DNA from: Candidatus Nomurabacteria bacterium | GTDB lineage: Bacteria; Patescibacteriota; Minisyncoccia; Phycocordibacterales; UBA9973 | Direction: 5' to 3' | Assembly: GCA_963842815.1 (NCBI GenBank) | Contig: CAWJHU010000003.1 | Coordinates: 91,683-155,682, forward strand | DNA length: 64,000 nt | In this document: positions 51,814 to 62,574 of the stretch, in pieces | How positions within the stretch are numbered: position 1 is the stretch's first letter | Layout: every line of letters begins with the position of its first letter | The notes under the pieces: generated by a model | The model's input: the letters and a program-made list of their open reading frames with translations, nothing else | Database searches by the model: none | What the model was told of the DNA's origin: nothing | Made by a program: the position numbers and the translations under genes

Positions 51814-53208
51814 TTATTTATGGTCTCCATTAGTCCAGCCAAAAAGTTTCCCGATATATTCCGCAGTTTCATGTTTTCGGACAATTTTAATCGTGCCGTC
51901 TTGGGCAATAATTTTTGCGGGAAGAGAAAGCAGACAGTGATGCGAAGCAAGTCCATCCTGATAGGCGCCGGTATCCAGAATGGCAATGAATTGATCTTCG
52001 CCATTTAATTTTGGTAAAAGAATATAATCTCCCCCGGCGGTATATTTGTCATCCGAGTCGCAACTACTTCCCGCGAGCCAAACTCTTTTCAAAGAACTGG
52101 TCATATTGTTTGTCGGCACAACATGCCATTTTTGATGTATCGCCCAAGTATCTTTCAGATCATTCATAAAACTTCCGTCAATAACATACCAGGCTTTGGC
52201 ATTAGCCTTATCAATATATTTTTTAGAAATAATTTTATAAAGTGTTACCTGCGCCGGAGCCACGATGTATTGGCCCCATTCTATGGCCAAGTTCGGATGC
52301 TTGATTCCTGTTTTATCCGATAAATTTTTTAATGTTTTTATAATCTTGCTGGAAACGCCTTTGGCTGTGTAAAATTTCTTTTTTTCATAGGGAACGCCAA
52401 ATCCTCCGCCGATATCCAGAGTATCCAAATTGGGATGTATTTTTTGCAATTCAACATAAATACTAAACGCTCGTTTTATTCCTTCCAGAATGCTTTTCTG
52501 TGTTTTTATTTGGGACCCTAAATGATAATGCAATATCTTGAGATTTTTCATTTTGGCCAGAGAAAATACATCTTTTTCCGAAAGACCAAAACGGTCAAAT
52601 TTCTTATCCCAGTGGGTATCCGCCTTGATAGCCAAATCTACCCGTACTCCTACGTCTCCTTTGTATTTCAAGAGTCTTTCTACCTCTTCCTGCCCTTCTA
52701 TGATGGGTATTATGTTCATGCCCTTGGTGCGTAATTCCTCTATTAAATCCAGATATTGGCTGGTTTTTGGACCATTGCAAAATATACGGATTTTAGCATT
52801 AAATTTTTCTCCTTCCCAAAATTTTTTAACAAGCCAAAGCTCGTTCGGAGAGGTTACTTCCAGATTTGCTCCTTCCGAAAGAAGCGGAAGAATAAATTCT
52901 TTGTTTTGATTTACCTTCATCGGGTAGTGATAAAAAAACTTTCCTTTGTAGCCGTAGATCTTCATGTAGGCTTGAAAATAACCAATGAGGTCTTTCAAGC
53001 GGTCTTCTATGATAAACGGAAATACCACCTGCAGAGGCGTGCCATATTTATGTATAAGTTTATTAAAATTATAAATGTGATAACCTTCCGTCGCCGTCAG
53101 ATTGCCGTCTTTGCTTACACTAAAAAATTGCGTATTAAATTCATCCGCTCCGAGTTTCCAAAACTTTTTCCAATTTTTCCCCTGTTTTTTTATTTTTTTT
53201 CTGGCCAT
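51814..53208 (-). CDS. PLP-dependent fold-III decarboxylase, arginine decarboxylase-like (short form)
   Basis: YPMKVNQ, HYHLGSQ, DIGGG, SCDSD, GAYQ. Confidence 0.8.
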   Translation of the reverse strand: MARKKIKKQGKNWKKFWKLGADEFNTQFFSVSKDGNLTATEGYHIYNFNKLIHKYGTPLQVVFPFIIEDRLKDLIGYFQAYMKIYGYKGKFFYHYPMKVNQNKEFILPLLSEGANLEVTSPNELWLVKKFWEGEKFNAKIRIFCNGPKTSQYLDLIEELRTKGMNIIPIIEGQEEVERLLKYKGDVGVRVDLAIKADTHWDKKFDRFGLSEKDVFSLAKMKNLKILHYHLGSQIKTQKSILEGIKRAFSIYVELQKIHPNLDTLDIGGGFGVPYEKKKFYTAKGVSSKIIKTLKNLSDKTGIKHPNLAIEWGQYIVAPAQVTLYKIISKKYIDKANAKAWYVIDGSFMNDLKDTWAIHQKWHVVPTNNMTSSLKRVWLAGSSCDSDDKYTAGGDYILLPKLNGEDQFIAILDTGAYQDGLASHHCLLSLPAKIIAQDGTIKIVRKHETAEYIGKLFGWTNGDHK

Positions 53209-53256
53209 TAAAGTGGAGTTTAGTATAACAATTTTTCAATAATTGTAAAGCGGTTT

Positions 53257-54453
53257 TTATTTTAAATATTCCTTTAAAAATTTCTCTTTAAATTCAAAAA
53301 AATTATCATCCAGAATAGACTGGCGGATATCGTCTACTAAATGGGTAATAAAATGTAAATTATGAATTGAAGCCAGAGTGCCGGCCAACATTTCCTTGCC
53401 GTGAAAAAGGTGGGCGACATAGGCTTTCGTATAATTCTGGCAAGTATAACATTCGCAATCTTTTTCAATTGCTGAAAAATCATTTCTGAATTTTGTGTTG
53501 GTAATAATTATTTTTCCATTTTTCGTATAAATTGTGCCATTTCTACCAAGTCGGGTTGGTAAGACACAATCAAAAAGATCCACTCCGTTTTCTATGCCCA
53601 AAAAAAGATCTTCCGGTTCCCCTATGCCAAGCAAGTGTCTAGGTTTTTCTTCCGGTAAAATTTTATTCACCCATTTCACAGCACTGGACATATCTTCTTT
53701 TGCGAATGAACCGCCGATACCGAAACCGTCAAAATCTAAACTACTTATCACTCTCGCGCTTTCTTTGCGAAGTCTTTCATCCCTTCCCCCTTGTACTATC
53801 CCGAATAAAGAAATTTTATTTTCTTTATTTAATTTTTTGTGCTCAATTAAACTTCTCTCCGCCCAGCGATGAGTGCGTTCCAGCGCTTCTTCTTGATATC
53901 TCAAATCTTCCGTCGGGCTGGTACATTCGTCAAAAGCAAAAATAATATCAGCACCCAAGTTGTGCTGAATCTGAATTGATTTCTCCGGAGTAATGTAGTG
54001 AATGCTTCCGTCCAAGTGAGATTTAAAAGAAACTCCATCTTGTCCTATTTTCGCCAGCCTTGGGGCGTCAGAATCGTCAAAACGTTCCGGTATCAACAAT
54101 GATGGATCAATTATTTTTGTGATTTTGGAAATATCTTTTCCGTAGGCGGCGCCTAAAGAAAAAACTTGGAAACCGCCGGAGTCCGTCATGGTCGGCCCCG
54201 ACCAATTCATAAATTTTCCGATACCTCCGGCATCGCGCACAATTTCATCTCCCGGCTGTAAATATAAATGATAGGTATTCCCGAGTACCATCTGCACGCC
54301 AATATTTTTGACCTGCTCTGGATTCAGAGATTTTACTGTGGCTTTTGTTCCCACCGCCACAAAAGCCGGAGTTTTTATTCCTCCGTGTGGAGTTTTAATC
54401 ACCCCTACTCTTCCTAAACTATTTTTTAACCTTTTTTCAATTTTGAATTCCAT
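53257..54453 (-). CDS. tgt: tRNA-guanine transglycosylase
   Basis: NTYHL, TDSGGFQVFSL, GIVQGG, FDCVLPTR, CECYTC. Confidence 0.95.
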   Translation of the reverse strand: MEFKIEKRLKNSLGRVGVIKTPHGGIKTPAFVAVGTKATVKSLNPEQVKNIGVQMVLGNTYHLYLQPGDEIVRDAGGIGKFMNWSGPTMTDSGGFQVFSLGAAYGKDISKITKIIDPSLLIPERFDDSDAPRLAKIGQDGVSFKSHLDGSIHYITPEKSIQIQHNLGADIIFAFDECTSPTEDLRYQEEALERTHRWAERSLIEHKKLNKENKISLFGIVQGGRDERLRKESARVISSLDFDGFGIGGSFAKEDMSSAVKWVNKILPEEKPRHLLGIGEPEDLFLGIENGVDLFDCVLPTRLGRNGTIYTKNGKIIITNTKFRNDFSAIEKDCECYTCQNYTKAYVAHLFHGKEMLAGTLASIHNLHFITHLVDDIRQSILDDNFFEFKEKFLKEYLK

Positions 54454-55244
54454 TATTTCTCCACTTCCACAAATTTCAATTCCTGAATATTCACCGGACT
54501 GGTTAGCAAAGCTTTTTGGAAAGCGTCCCGCGGGTCGGAAATAATTGTCTGCACTGTGCCGACAATATACGGCGTGATGTCGGGCAAATCGACTTCTGTC
54601 CCATTTTGCAAAACAAAATCTCTGGGCAAAATCATTTCAAAATTTCCTCCGCCCCGCCCGACTATTTGCATAAAAGTACCACTGCCTGAAATTACCACTT
54701 CGGTTTGTTCTCCGGGATTTGAATATAAAATAACTTTCGCGGAATTCGTATAAACTTCCGCAATGCGTCCGATGGGCACATTTCCCAAGGCAAAAACTCT
54801 TTGGCCAACTGATATTCCGTCATTGGTGCCAACATCAATAATAAGCGTATCGTAGGGAGATTGATTTGGTTTGGATAAAATAACAGCCAAAATTAAATTA
54901 ACTTTTGGATTTTTTCGTCCTAAAATTTCTTTCATTTTCAAGTTTTCATCCAAAATAGAATTGTAGTTTGATATCTGTGCTTCTTCTTCGCCTAGCTTTG
55001 ATTTTAAATCTTCATTTTCCAAAAAAAGAGAACTTTTGGAATGGAAATAGGAACCCGTATTGGACAAGGTTCCGCCAATATTATTTCCTAAAATTAAAAC
55101 CGGACGAAAAACGGCGGATGAAACATAGGAAAGCCCATTAAAAATACCGGCTCTAAAATAGATTAAAATAGATAAAACTATAACAAAAAGTGTGTATTTA
55201 AATAACTTATTTCTTTTTATTTTTTTATCTAGGAGGTAACTCAT
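54453..55244 (-). CDS. mreC: Rod shape-determining protein MreC
   Basis: TM, coiled coil, IIDVG..DGI; follows mreB. Confidence 0.88.
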   Translation of the reverse strand: MSYLLDKKIKRNKLFKYTLFVIVLSILIYFRAGIFNGLSYVSSAVFRPVLILGNNIGGTLSNTGSYFHSKSSLFLENEDLKSKLGEEEAQISNYNSILDENLKMKEILGRKNPKVNLILAVILSKPNQSPYDTLIIDVGTNDGISVGQRVFALGNVPIGRIAEVYTNSAKVILYSNPGEQTEVVISGSGTFMQIVGRGGGNFEMILPRDFVLQNGTEVDLPDITPYIVGTVQTIISDPRDAFQKALLTSPVNIQELKFVEVEK

Positions 55245-56271
55245 CTTGGTTCCCGATTAAAATTTCGTTATAGGCTGGCAAATCGTCTAAAATAATCCCG
55301 GTTCCTCGAGCCACAGCCGTAAGCGGATCGTCCACCACATAAACAGGCATTTTAAGAACATTTTGTAAAAGTCCCCCCAGTCCTTGTAGCAAAGCTCCGC
55401 CTCCGGAGAGAGTAATTCCTTTGTGCATTATGTCGGACAAAATTTCAGGAGGGGTTGTTTCCAGCACATCTTTTACTCCTTCTATGAGTTCTTTGATGGA
55501 CAATGAAAATGCTTCGCGAATATCGGAGTCCGTCACCACCACTTCCCGGGGTAATCCAGTCAATAAATCCCGTCCGCGTACTTCCGTTTCCATATATTCT
55601 CCCGGAAGAACGGAACCGATAACCATCTTAACCATTTCGGCTGTAGTTTCACCGACTAAAATTTTAAATTCATCTCTCATATAAGTAATGATGTCATTAT
55701 TAAATCTATCTCCCGCCACTTTCAAATTTTTTGATTTGACAATCCCGCCTAAAGAAATCACGGCAACATCCGTTGTTCCTCCGCCGATATCTATAATCAT
55801 GGAACCAACCGGGTCTTTGATAGGAAGCCGGATGCCGATAGCCGCCGCCATAGGTTCTTCCACTAAAAATACTTCACGGGCTCCAGCCGAACGGGCGGCG
55901 TCATAGACGGCGCGCGTCTCCACATTGGTCGTACCGGAAGGAACGCCAACTAAAACTCTCGGCCTGGCAAGTTTCTTGGATATTTTATTGGCTTTATTTA
56001 TTAAATAAGAAAGCATTTCTTCCGTAACTTCAAAATCCGAAATGACGCCATCCACCAGCGGACGAACCGCTTTAATATGTCCCGGGGTACGTCCCAACAT
56101 TTCTTTGGCCTTTTCCCCCACGGCAAGAATTTGATTGGTTTTAATATTTACCGCCACCACCGAAGGTTCATTGATAACAATGCCGTGCCCTTTTAAATAC
56201 ACCAGAGTGTTGGATGTGCCCAGGTCTATGCCGATGTCATTTGAAATTAATTTGTAAATTTTATTGAACAT
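55225..56271 (-). CDS. mreB: Rod shape-determining protein MreB
   Basis: GIDLGT, NEPSVVA, DIGGGT, GGGAL. Confidence 0.96.
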   Translation of the reverse strand: MFNKIYKLISNDIGIDLGTSNTLVYLKGHGIVINEPSVVAVNIKTNQILAVGEKAKEMLGRTPGHIKAVRPLVDGVISDFEVTEEMLSYLINKANKISKKLARPRVLVGVPSGTTNVETRAVYDAARSAGAREVFLVEEPMAAAIGIRLPIKDPVGSMIIDIGGGTTDVAVISLGGIVKSKNLKVAGDRFNNDIITYMRDEFKILVGETTAEMVKMVIGSVLPGEYMETEVRGRDLLTGLPREVVVTDSDIREAFSLSIKELIEGVKDVLETTPPEILSDIMHKGITLSGGGALLQGLGGLLQNVLKMPVYVVDDPLTAVARGTGIILDDLPAYNEILIGNQDELPPR

Positions 56272-57517
56272 TTTTTAATAATTTTGATAATTCATCAAGT
56301 GAAATAACTTTCCCTTTTTCTTCCGTGCGTTTTTTTAATTCAATTCCCCCTTCTTTCAGGCTTCTGGCGGAAACAACCGCGCGATAAGGGATGCCCAGTA
56401 GGTCGGCATCGGCAAATTTTTCGCCGGGAGAGATTTCTTTTCGGTCATCGAATAAAATTTCAAAATTCTTCGACAAACTTTCGTAAATTTTATTTGCTTC
56501 GGAAAAAACCTCTTCTCCTTCCCCCAGGGCAAGCAAATGTATCTGAAAAGGAGCGATGGACTCCGGCCAAATTATACCTTTGTCATCGGACAAAACTTCA
56601 ACGACTGTTCCCATCAATCTACCCAACCCAATGCCATAACTGCCCATTATTACCAGCTTCTCTTGTCCGTTTTCATCCTTATATTTCAAGTCAAAAGGCT
56701 CTGAAAATCTGGTTCCCAGCGAAAAAATATTCCCTACTTCTACCGCTCTTTTTTCCACTAATTTTTCTTTATTCAAGCCAAGCTGGAGAAGAGTTTCATC
56801 ATTAAAAACTTCTTTGTTCACGGCAATACCTGAATTCTCATCCAGGTAAATAGTATCTTCCCCGACCGAAGTTATCGTTTGAAATTCATGGGAATATTTT
56901 GAAAAGCTTCCGCCGGAAGCAAAAGTTAAATAGGTCAGGTGGCCAATGCCGGTTCTTTTGAAAATATTTTGATAGGCAATTTTTGATTTCTCGTAAAATT
57001 CATTGTGCTCTTTTTCGTCTCTGGAAAAAGAATAAAGAGCTTTCCAATAGAATTCTCTTCCTCTCATGATTCCGGATTTGCTTCTGGCTTCATTTCTAAA
57101 AATATTTTTAAAATCGTACGGGTAAATCGGCAAATCTTTATAGGAGGAAATATATTGTTTTAAAATATTTGAATAGGCTTCCTCGTTGGTGAAAGATAAA
57201 CCGACTTCTCCACCATTTTTTAATTTTGTTTTAAACCAAGTATCTACCACTTTATCGTCCCATCTGTTTGATTTTTCCCATATTTCTTTATTTTGAAATA
57301 CGGAAGTTTTCATTTCTGTTCCGCCGATAGCATTCATTTCTTCACGAATAATATTTTCAATTTTATTTAAAACTCGCAAACCTAAAGGCAAATATGAATA
57401 TACTCCTGCCATTTCCTTATGAATAAAACCACCCCGAATAAGAAGTTCCGCATTTTTGGACACTTCGTCCGTCGGGGCCTCTTTCTTGGTTTTAGTAAAA
57501 AGTTTAGATTGTCTCAT
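56261..57517 (-). CDS. proS: Proline--tRNA ligase (short form lacking the editing insertion)
   Basis: MRQSKLF, GVYSYLPLG, FRNEAR...REF, EVGNIF, MGSYGIG, GEKFADADLLG. Confidence 0.92.
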   Translation of the reverse strand: MRQSKLFTKTKKEAPTDEVSKNAELLIRGGFIHKEMAGVYSYLPLGLRVLNKIENIIREEMNAIGGTEMKTSVFQNKEIWEKSNRWDDKVVDTWFKTKLKNGGEVGLSFTNEEAYSNILKQYISSYKDLPIYPYDFKNIFRNEARSKSGIMRGREFYWKALYSFSRDEKEHNEFYEKSKIAYQNIFKRTGIGHLTYLTFASGGSFSKYSHEFQTITSVGEDTIYLDENSGIAVNKEVFNDETLLQLGLNKEKLVEKRAVEVGNIFSLGTRFSEPFDLKYKDENGQEKLVIMGSYGIGLGRLMGTVVEVLSDDKGIIWPESIAPFQIHLLALGEGEEVFSEANKIYESLSKNFEILFDDRKEISPGEKFADADLLGIPYRAVVSARSLKEGGIELKKRTEEKGKVISLDELSKLLKNVQ

Positions 57518-57602
57518 AACCTCCATATTAGCTGAAAAAAGTCTTTTTGGCAAAGGACTATATGAGTTGCAAAAGGACAGGTCTTCTGCTAGAATAACCC
57601 TC

Positions 57603-58346
57603 ATGCAAACTACGAGCTTGAAGCCACAAAAGGCGGAAAACAGAAATACAGGCGCTTCCATAAGCGTAGAAAAAATGTTTGAAGCGGGGGTGCATTATGG
57701 TTATGGAAAAAGCAGAAGGCATCCTTCTGTTTCTTCATATATATACGCCACCAAGAATAATGGGGACATTATAGACCTTGAAAAAACAAGCGTTCAACTG
57801 GAACATGCGGAAGAATTTATTAAAAACCTAGGCGCTCAAAATAAAATTATTCTTTTTGTGGGCACAAAACCTGAAGCCCGGGAAGTGATAAAAAATGCTG
57901 CATTGAGTTTAAATATGCCTTACGTAGATGTGCGATGGATCGGCGGAACTTTAAGTAATTTTACAGAAATCAAAAAAAGAATCATTGAACTGGAAACTTA
58001 TAATAAAGAAAGTGCGGAAGGCGGACTGGAAAAATACACAAAAAAGGAGCGGGTGATGATGGCTAAAAAAATGGAAAAACTTACAAAATATTATGGAGGG
58101 TTGCTTGGTTTGAAAAAGACCCCCGATGCGTTGTTTATTATTGACGCAAAAGCGGAACACATAGCGACCACTGAAGCTTATAAATCCAGCGTACCTGTTG
58201 TGGCTTTGGTAAATTCCGATTCAAATATCAAAACCATCGACTACCCTATGGTTGGTAATGACTCCGGCATACCATCCATCAAATTTTTCACCGCTTCCAT
58301 TGTTGGCGCATATAAAGGAGGCCAGATGTCCGTACCGGTTAAATAA
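57603..58346 (+). CDS. rpsB: 30S ribosomal protein S2
   Basis: AGVHYG, IIDL, LFVGTK, RWIGGTLSN; likely start 57603. Confidence 0.95.
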   Translation: MQTTSLKPQKAENRNTGASISVEKMFEAGVHYGYGKSRRHPSVSSYIYATKNNGDIIDLEKTSVQLEHAEEFIKNLGAQNKIILFVGTKPEAREVIKNAALSLNMPYVDVRWIGGTLSNFTEIKKRIIELETYNKESAEGGLEKYTKKERVMMAKKMEKLTKYYGGLLGLKKTPDALFIIDAKAEHIATTEAYKSSVPVVALVNSDSNIKTIDYPMVGNDSGIPSIKFFTASIVGAYKGGQMSVPVK

Positions 58347-58368
58347 AAATTAAAATCAATATTAAATT

Positions 58369-59147
58369 ATGTCTATAAAAATTACGACTGAACTTATAAA
58401 AGAGTTAGGGAATCAACAGGTATTTCCGTAATGCAGTGCAAAAACGCGCTGGAAGAAGCCGGAGGAGATATGAAAAAAGCTCTTGCTATCCTTAAAAAAA
58501 CAAGTTCCGACATCGCACTCAAAAAAGCCGGCCGGGACGCCAAAGACGGAAGGGTTTGCATTAAAACAGAAGGAAAGAAATCTGTCCTGGTTTCCCTGCA
58601 CTGCGAGACAGATTTCGTTTCTAAAAACGAAGATTTTGTAAATTTGCTTTCCAAATTGGCAGATATCGCGTTCAAGGAGGGCATTGATAAAATGAAGTCA
58701 AAGGCCAAAGACCTGATAGACCCCATTATCCAAAAAACCGGAGAAAAAATAGAGCTAGGCGACGCCTATGAAGTGGACGGAAATATTTTAGGTAATTACG
58801 TGCACAACAACAAAATTGCTGTCATTGTTTCCTTGGAAGGCGGAAATGAAGAACTGGCCAAAGACATTGCCATGCATATAACCGCCATGAAGCCGGAATA
58901 TATTTCGCAGGAAGACATAACCGAAGAGGTAAAAAACACCATGCGAGAAATTTTTCAGAAAGAGGTGGCCGGCGTAAATAAGCCGGAAGAGATAAAGAAA
59001 AAAATGCTGGAAGGCAAAATGGCAACCTATTTCAAAGAAAAAACTCTGCTTGACCAAATATTCATAAAAGACCCGAACGAAACAGTCGGCGGACTTCTAA
59101 ATAAAAACAAAGCAAAAATAAAAGAAGTAAAACGTTATTCAATATAA
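58369..59147 (+). CDS. tsf: Elongation factor Ts, with a 1-bp deletion at ~58408
   Basis: MSIKITTELIKEL-(R)-ESTGISVMQCKNAL, CETDFV, AMHI. Confidence 0.93.
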
Positions 59148-59155
59148 AAAATATT

Positions 59156-59563
59156 ATGCTTTTACCTTTAATTTTATTTCTTCTATCGTTTCTGGGCATC
59201 ATTATAATGATAAGCCTTAAGCTTACCCTTGTCCGAAACGGTCAAATTGCAAAAGTACAAAATATTCATCCTTTTGAGAATGACCTGGAAAAAATAAAAC
59301 ATTCAACTTTCAAAAACACAAAAAAGTTCGGCTACATGGCGCTTTTTGTAACTCTTAAATTTTTTATTAAATCCTCAAATTTTATAAAGATTAAAAGCAA
59401 AATATTTGCGGAAGAATTAAAAAATAAATTTAACAAGAATAAGAACGGAGACGAAACAACGGGGAAAAAAGAAGTATCAAAGTATTTAAAAACAATTTCA
59501 GAATATCGGGAAAAGATAAGAAAAATGAAGCATAAAATAAAAGAAGAGGAAGGAATAGAATAG
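59156..59563 (+). CDS. Hypothetical membrane-anchored basic protein
   Basis: N-terminal TM, Lys-rich. Confidence 0.6.
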   Translation: MLLPLILFLLSFLGIIIMISLKLTLVRNGQIAKVQNIHPFENDLEKIKHSTFKNTKKFGYMALFVTLKFFIKSSNFIKIKSKIFAEELKNKFNKNKNGDETTGKKEVSKYLKTISEYREKIRKMKHKIKEEEGIE

Positions 59564-59582
59564 TGTGCTAAAGTAGAAATAT

Positions 59583-59655
59583 GCCGCCTTAGCTCAGTTG
59601 GTAGAGCAACGCTTTTGTAAAGCGAAGGTCCTCAGTTCAAATCTGAGAGGCGGCT
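59583..59655 (+). tRNA. tRNA-Thr(TGT)
   Basis: GCCGCCT/AGGCGGC; loop TTTGTAA; GTTCAAATC. Confidence 0.93.
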
Positions 59656-59660
59656 CAAAA

Positions 59661-60380
59661 TTAAGGAGTCTTTTTGCTTGTCGTTTTAACAGGGTTTGCC
59701 GTCTTTGTAGTAGGGGTCGTCGCCTCCAGAAGCTTGAAGGATTCCTGCACTCGGGAATCCAGTTCATCCACCCCGTGAAAACCAGTCAATAAATTATCGT
59801 CAATAACCAAAGCTGGAAGTTCTGTGTCTTTTATTTTGTAGATTTGAAGCATTGCTTTCACCGCGGAAAGGTCAATGCTGTAGTCAAAGGAATATACCCG
59901 GAGTTCCGGATATTTATCTCGGAGAGTTGAAAGCGCCAGACTCTCCTTTTCGCATTCGCTGCAATTTTCCGCCGTAGTATAGAAATAAAGAATAAATGCG
60001 GCCTTTGTTTTACAGCGAGAAGAAATGTTTTTATTCAGAAGATAGTCTTTGATTTCAAGCAGAGAATAATATTTTTTCAAATAAGAAACCGTGTCCGTGG
60101 CGCCCAAATTCTGCTGGCTCCATTCCAATTTATTTCCCAGGTCGCTCAGCTCCTGAGAAAGTACGGAATCGGAAATATTTTTACAGGAAAGCTCCGAGAG
60201 CAAAGAAAATTGGGTTTCCGAAGAAAGAACATCTATGGAAATCGAATCCTGAATCGCTTTAAGCTGGTCAACTTTTTTATTGCTGAAATAATTGCTGATA
60301 AAACTGGCGGAAAGAAAAAGTCCAACGGTAAATAAAAACACGATTAAATATTTTTTCCAATCAATGTGGTTCTCATTCAT
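59661..60380 (-). CDS. Membrane-anchored thioredoxin-fold-like protein
   Basis: ILYFY...CSEC...ELPALVI. Confidence 0.6.
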   Translation of the reverse strand: MNENHIDWKKYLIVFLFTVGLFLSASFISNYFSNKKVDQLKAIQDSISIDVLSSETQFSLLSELSCKNISDSVLSQELSDLGNKLEWSQQNLGATDTVSYLKKYYSLLEIKDYLLNKNISSRCKTKAAFILYFYTTAENCSECEKESLALSTLRDKYPELRVYSFDYSIDLSAVKAMLQIYKIKDTELPALVIDDNLLTGFHGVDELDSRVQESFKLLEATTPTTKTANPVKTTSKKTP

Positions 60381-60384
60381 ATAT

Positions 60385-61629
60385 TTATCTCCAGGCCGGT
60401 TTTCTGGACAAAATGGTGTTATACATCGCTTTGAAGAGCCAGACCGGACCGATAATAGTAAAAATAATAAAATAATAAACGATGCTCAAATAAAGATGAC
60501 TTTTTTCCTTGGTCATTTTTTTACCAAAAATTATTGAGAATAATATTAAAAGGTAAAGGACAATGGAAATAAAGAAAATGGATTGGGTGTTTATAAAAAA
60601 CGGGTCAACAAAACTTTTTTGGGTAACGAGATGAAAACCTACGGCTTCATACTGCATGATTTTTGAAAACAAAAAGCTGCCGAATCCATAGAATACTTTT
60701 CCGATAAGATAGCCGACCGCCACCATGGAAACAATAATCATGGGCAAGGTAAAAAGAGAAAAATTGCCGTATTTTTTTCTGAAAATCATTTTACGATAAT
60801 CAATAATATTGTTTATGGAACCATAAATCCAGCGTAGCCTTTGTTTATAAAGCTTTAGCACGGTTCCCGGAGTATTGGTGTAAACATAGGCATCATTGCA
60901 CTGTTCTATTTTATAATGATTTTCTTGCATTCTATAGGCGATTTCCATGTCTTCCGTATTGTGAGCATGTCGGTAAGGACCTAAATCATCAAAAACCTTT
61001 TTACGAAAAATAGTGAGCGGGCCGGGCGTAACATGAATAGCCCCGAGGAATCCGAGCATTTTTTTCATATAAACGGCTAAAAAATATTCCGCTTCTTGGG
61101 CTTTTTGGACAAAATTTTTGGAGTTAATTGCAACGATAGAAGGAGCCACCGCCATAACTCCGGGGTCTTTTTCAAAATAACTCATAATGCGGACGAGGGA
61201 TTCCGGGTCCGCAATGGAATCGGCATCCAGACAGCCCACGAAGTCGGTCTCAATATTTTGCAGGCCTAAATTAAGGGCGGTATATTTTCCGCCGTTTTCC
61301 TTATGAAAAATTTTTATATTTGGATATTTGGAAAATCTAGAAATGGCGTCCAGAGTACCATCCGTGGACCCGTCATCAATCAAAAAAATTTCAACTTTAT
61401 CTTTTGGATAGTTTAAATTAAGCAAAGAACGAACTGTTTTATAAATTGTTTTTTCTTCATTCCAGGAAGGAACCATAATCGTTACTTTGGGATATTTGGC
61501 AAGTCTAATGGTTCCGTTTCTGATAAGAATTTTTTTCCTGTTTTCAAGAAAGGTAATCAAAAAAAATAGCTGCACGTAAACAGACAAAAAAGTCAACATA
61601 TAAAACACCGCATTTGAAATTGAAGCCAT
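60385..61629 (-). CDS. GT2 processive glycosyltransferase (PgaC/IcaA-like)
   Basis: DDGSTD, DADS, TED, QRLRW; TM helices. Confidence 0.9.
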   Translation of the reverse strand: MASISNAVFYMLTFLSVYVQLFFLITFLENRKKILIRNGTIRLAKYPKVTIMVPSWNEEKTIYKTVRSLLNLNYPKDKVEIFLIDDGSTDGTLDAISRFSKYPNIKIFHKENGGKYTALNLGLQNIETDFVGCLDADSIADPESLVRIMSYFEKDPGVMAVAPSIVAINSKNFVQKAQEAEYFLAVYMKKMLGFLGAIHVTPGPLTIFRKKVFDDLGPYRHAHNTEDMEIAYRMQENHYKIEQCNDAYVYTNTPGTVLKLYKQRLRWIYGSINNIIDYRKMIFRKKYGNFSLFTLPMIIVSMVAVGYLIGKVFYGFGSFLFSKIMQYEAVGFHLVTQKSFVDPFFINTQSIFFISIVLYLLILFSIIFGKKMTKEKSHLYLSIVYYFIIFTIIGPVWLFKAMYNTILSRKPAWR

Positions 61630-61677
61630 ACTATGTATTGCAATATAGCATTTTGGAAATAAAAAGCAAATCCTGCT

Positions 61678-61714
61678 AAAAGAGCCCTCCGATTTTAATC
61701 GGAGGGCTCTTTTT
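61678..61714 (-). terminator. Intrinsic terminator
   Basis: AAAAGAGCCCTCCGATT-TT-AATCGGAGGGCTCTTTT. Confidence 0.8.
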
Positions 61715-61722
61715 AAGGAAAA

Positions 61723-62007
61723 TTACATTCCTCCCATTTTGTTCGCATCCATTGCTGGAGCGTCTACTTTACACTTGTGGCATTTACAGCCGAATATTTT
61801 CATAACAGCCGCAATGCCTACCAGCACATAAACTATTCCCTCCACCGTTGGAGAGAAACCCAAAATCATATTGACTACGTTCCAATTGCTTGAACTGCCC
61901 AAAAGCATACCCAAGCCGATTAGGCCCCAGTTTATGCCTCCAATGATTACCAGGATTTTGACAATCCAATGCACAGTGCAACCCCCTTTACCACAATTTT
62001 TACACAT
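61723..62007 (-). CDS. DUF378-family small membrane protein with Cys-rich ends
   Basis: LVIIGGINWGLIG...VYVLVGIAA. Confidence 0.85.
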   Translation of the reverse strand: MCKNCGKGGCTVHWIVKILVIIGGINWGLIGLGMLLGSSSNWNVVNMILGFSPTVEGIVYVLVGIAAVMKIFGCKCHKCKVDAPAMDANKMGGM

Positions 62008-62156
62008 AATAATAAAGTTAGTTTATAATTCCACCCAAACGACTATTTAGGCGGGGTTAAATAATACCCTACAATTATACCATTTTCTAAATAGCACTTC
62101 AATGAAATGTCAACTTTATATAATTGACTATTAACTAAACAAATCAGCCAGATTGC

Positions 62157-62176
62157 ATCTACGCCATGGCGTAGAT
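62157..62176. repeat. Perfect 20-bp palindrome
   Basis: ATCTACGCCATGGCGTAGAT. Confidence 0.9.
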
Positions 62177-62188
62177 TGGTCTATATAA

Positions 62189-62557
62189 TTAGGATTTTTC
62201 TAGATAAGATTTAGCTAACTTAAATGTTTTAAATTCTTTTTGTAGACCAATTCTCTTTAAGTAATCTAAAAAATCTTTCGGCAATGGTGAAGGACCAACC
62301 CAGACACTTTTTTGAATCATAATAAAATCAAAATTTTTGAGTTGACGACGAAACCAGTCTCTTTCCTTCTTCTTCACATGGGGAATATCATACATAAGAA
62401 GTAAATTTTTTGGTGCATCTTTTTGAAAATTAGAGATAAAAGAACGGAGATATTGACATTTAATAATTTTTTCTTTTTTCTCAGAATAATTAAAGTTTGG
62501 TAAACCTAAAAGATTTACGGATACACCTTTGTATTTTAATTTTTTTCTGGTAACCAT
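62189..62557 (-). CDS. Solo Cas2-like / PaaX central-domain protein
   Basis: LLMYDIP..KKKERDWFRRQLK..F..IQKSVWV; no CRISPR array or other cas genes in the window. Confidence 0.7.
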   Translation of the reverse strand: MVTRKKLKYKGVSVNLLGLPNFNYSEKKEKIIKCQYLRSFISNFQKDAPKNLLLMYDIPHVKKKERDWFRRQLKNFDFIMIQKSVWVGPSPLPKDFLDYLKRIGLQKEFKTFKLAKSYLEKS

Positions 62558-62574
62558 AATTTATATTATACACT

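Noticed and set aside
58369-58431. tsf pseudogene
   Set aside because: Essential gene; restoring one base gives the conserved KELRESTG N-terminus.
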